33,000 bases of DNA from Octopus sinensis. Taxonomy: Eukaryota. The position numbers and the translations under genes were made by a program. The stretch is from contig NC_043005.1 in NCBI RefSeq assembly GCF_006345805.1, forward strand, positions 83,297,001 to 83,330,000, written 5' to 3'. The notes under the pieces are model-generated. The model did no database searches. It was not told the DNA's origin and was given only the letters and a program-made list of their open reading frames with translations. Every line of letters begins with the position of its first letter. The stretch's first letter is position 1. This document shows, in pieces, positions 31,004 to 33,000 of the stretch.

Positions 31004-32204
31004 GTGAGTCATCCCATAAATAATGCGGGTTTTTTATACTTCTTTTATTTTTCAAAATTAAGATAAACACAGTTCTTTTTTAATCTAAAATATACTCTTC
31101 TTCATTTTCTACAATGCTCTTCCATTTCTGGTAGACTTGCAAGGCCCCTCTTTCAAAATTCACTTGTCTGTGATGAAAACTACTCCTCTAGTACTGTTTT
31201 GACCTTGTCTACAGAATTCATATTTTTTCTATTTAAATGATTTTGAAGACTGTGGAATAAATGATAATCAGACAGGGCATTGTTTCCCATTCCAACTGCT
31301 CCAGCCTTTAGAATATCACCCTCGCTGTAAGATGGTCGTTTTTCTTCTAGCGCTGACTTAAGCCACTCAAGCTGCTTGTAGTAGATCTCCTTTGTTATTG
31401 TTTGGTTTAGGTTTAAAAGTTCAAAGTGGACTAAACCTTTCATATCTCACATAACAGGTAACAACACCTTATATGGGTGAAGACCTTCTTTAGCCTGAGT
31501 ACTGGTGTTTCTCTTTTCCCTACCCACTGTCTTCAGTGCTTGATATTTTTATACAGAACCCATTTCTTCTCACCATCACTATTCGATCTAAAAAAGGTTC
31601 ATTCAAGAAATGTGACAGCAAAGAAGAGCACACATTCACTCTCTGTGTGTGATTAGACTCGAAAAGTTTGTGAGGAACCCACTGACCCAATTTGCTGACT
31701 TTTCCAATGGCACGCAGGTATTGATGAATGGTTGAATGACCAAATCCAAGCTTTTCTGCTAGTTCCTCAACAGTTACAATGAGATTTTGTTCCACCAGGG
31801 TTTGCAGGACATCTTTGTCAAGCCTTACAGATCTTCCAGGCTCGTCTTCTAGGCAATAGTTTCTGGCTCAGAATTTCTGAAACTACCATTGACATTGGCT
31901 TACACTTATAGTCCAATCCCCATTTACTGCATTAATATTCCTCACAGTTTCCATTGCGTTGTTGCCATTATTGAACTCATAAAGCAAAACATACCAAATA
32001 TGCTCTTTTGTCACTTCCATTATAGCTTTGAAAAAATAACTGTTAAAATTGAACTGCACTCTTCAAAACTTGCACTAAGAATAAGGACAAGGTAAAATTA
32101 CTACCTGATTTTATAGCAAGTTGATGCAGATAGTTTATCCCGTTCTCCTCCGACTTTTAGTTCATGCAATTGAAAAAAACCACATTATTTATGGGATGAC
32201 CCAA
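31004..32204 (-). mobile_element. Mariner (SETMAR/Mos-like) transposon, near full length, degenerate
   Basis: TIRs tgagtcatcccataaataatgcggg and ccacattatttatgggatgacccaa. Peptides TVEELAEKLGFGHSTI, GKVSKLGQWVPHKL, EPFLDRIV, GLVHFELL, LSDYHLFHSLQNHL. The second catalytic Asp region appears deleted. Confidence 0.93.
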
Positions 32205-32334
32205 CATATATATATATTTAGATATATATATATATATTTAAAAAAATAAATAACTTAATTAATTAATAAATAAAATAATATAAAAATATACATATATATA
32301 TATATATATATTTGTATATATATATTTAAAATTT

Positions 32335-32549
32335 ATAAGTTTAAATTATTTAAATAATTTTTTAATTTTTAACTTTTATATTTTTAAGTTAATTTTATGT
32401 ATTGGCTTATGTTTTTCACTGTTTGATTTGCCTAATAGTGATTTTATCTCTAATTTAATATAATATAATATATTTATACTATAAAATTGGATTTAATCCT
32501 AAATCTAATTTTTCCCTGTAAGTTTGGATTTATTCCCTAATATTATTAT

Positions 32550-32550
<1 letters not shown>
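32335..32550 (-). repeat. AT-rich repeat-family fragment related to 27036-27277
   Basis: Reverse complement attagggaataaatccaaacttacagggaaaaattagatttag matches 27041-27086. Confidence 0.6.
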
Positions 32551-32621
<71 letters not shown>

Positions 32622-32714
32622 CACATGCACACATATACACAGCTCTACAGAAATATTTATAACAAATTGTAGACAGAGAGCTAGGAGGTCATACACTGGA
32701 TCATCAAATATTTC

Positions 32715-33000
32715 ACTAGTTATAGACTGTTTTACAGCAAACTGGCAGAAAGCAAGTGCATACAAGGTGAGGTGGACGGAAAAAGTACTTTAAGGAAACA
32801 TTTAAAGCCTCACTGAAAAGCTTTGAGATAGCCCAACACCTGGGAAATGCAAGCACAAGACCATCTTGCCTAGTGATGTTCCACCAACAGAGTTGCCACC
32901 TTCTATGAACTGATCAGGATAACAGGAGCACAAAAAAACGCAAACTGTGCAAGTCGAGAGCCAACTCCTCACCTTCAGTTGGACTGACTGGCCACAGCCA
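32715..33000 (+). mobile_element. Degenerate RTE (BovB-like) ORF C-terminal relic, running off the window end
   Basis: Frame-broken RLFYSKLAESKCIQG..KKYFKETFKASLKSFEI..TWEMQAQDH parallels KQMLYGEL..G.R..QKPRLRFKDCVKSSLKAFDI of the 27586 element. Confidence 0.6.

Overview
AT-rich, microsatellite-dense eukaryotic DNA dominated by transposable elements. The repeat families look like those of octopod cephalopods (Octopus); this is inference from recalled repeat sequences, not a database result. No host gene can be called with confidence, only a few candidate exons. Main contents: (1) a near-intact RTE-clade LINE (ORF 4316-7438: APE endonuclease plus RT, with a C4HC3 PHD-like finger inserted inside the RT) whose 3' UTR carries 12 x ~61-bp monomers arranged as 6 A/B dimers, each monomer able to form a hairpin plus a small H-type pseudoknot; (2) two older copies of the same LINE family in which the same module is amplified with different unit boundaries; (3) two relics of a second RTE lineage; (4) four mariner copies, a Tigger/pogo relic and a Tc1/maT-like fragment; (5) a Helitron helicase pseudogene, and a 1.9-kb block (22270-24192) that looks like a composite Helitron inserted at one A|T site of a TTAA-flanked MITE; (6) three tRNA-derived SINE families; (7) a decayed minimal hammerhead ribozyme of Penelope type, a 368-bp palindrome and a fold-back MITE; (8) a CpG-retaining central domain (~13.3-20.5 kb) with degenerate repeats and strong splice-site motifs. 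No CRISPR array, tRNA gene or rRNA gene is supported.
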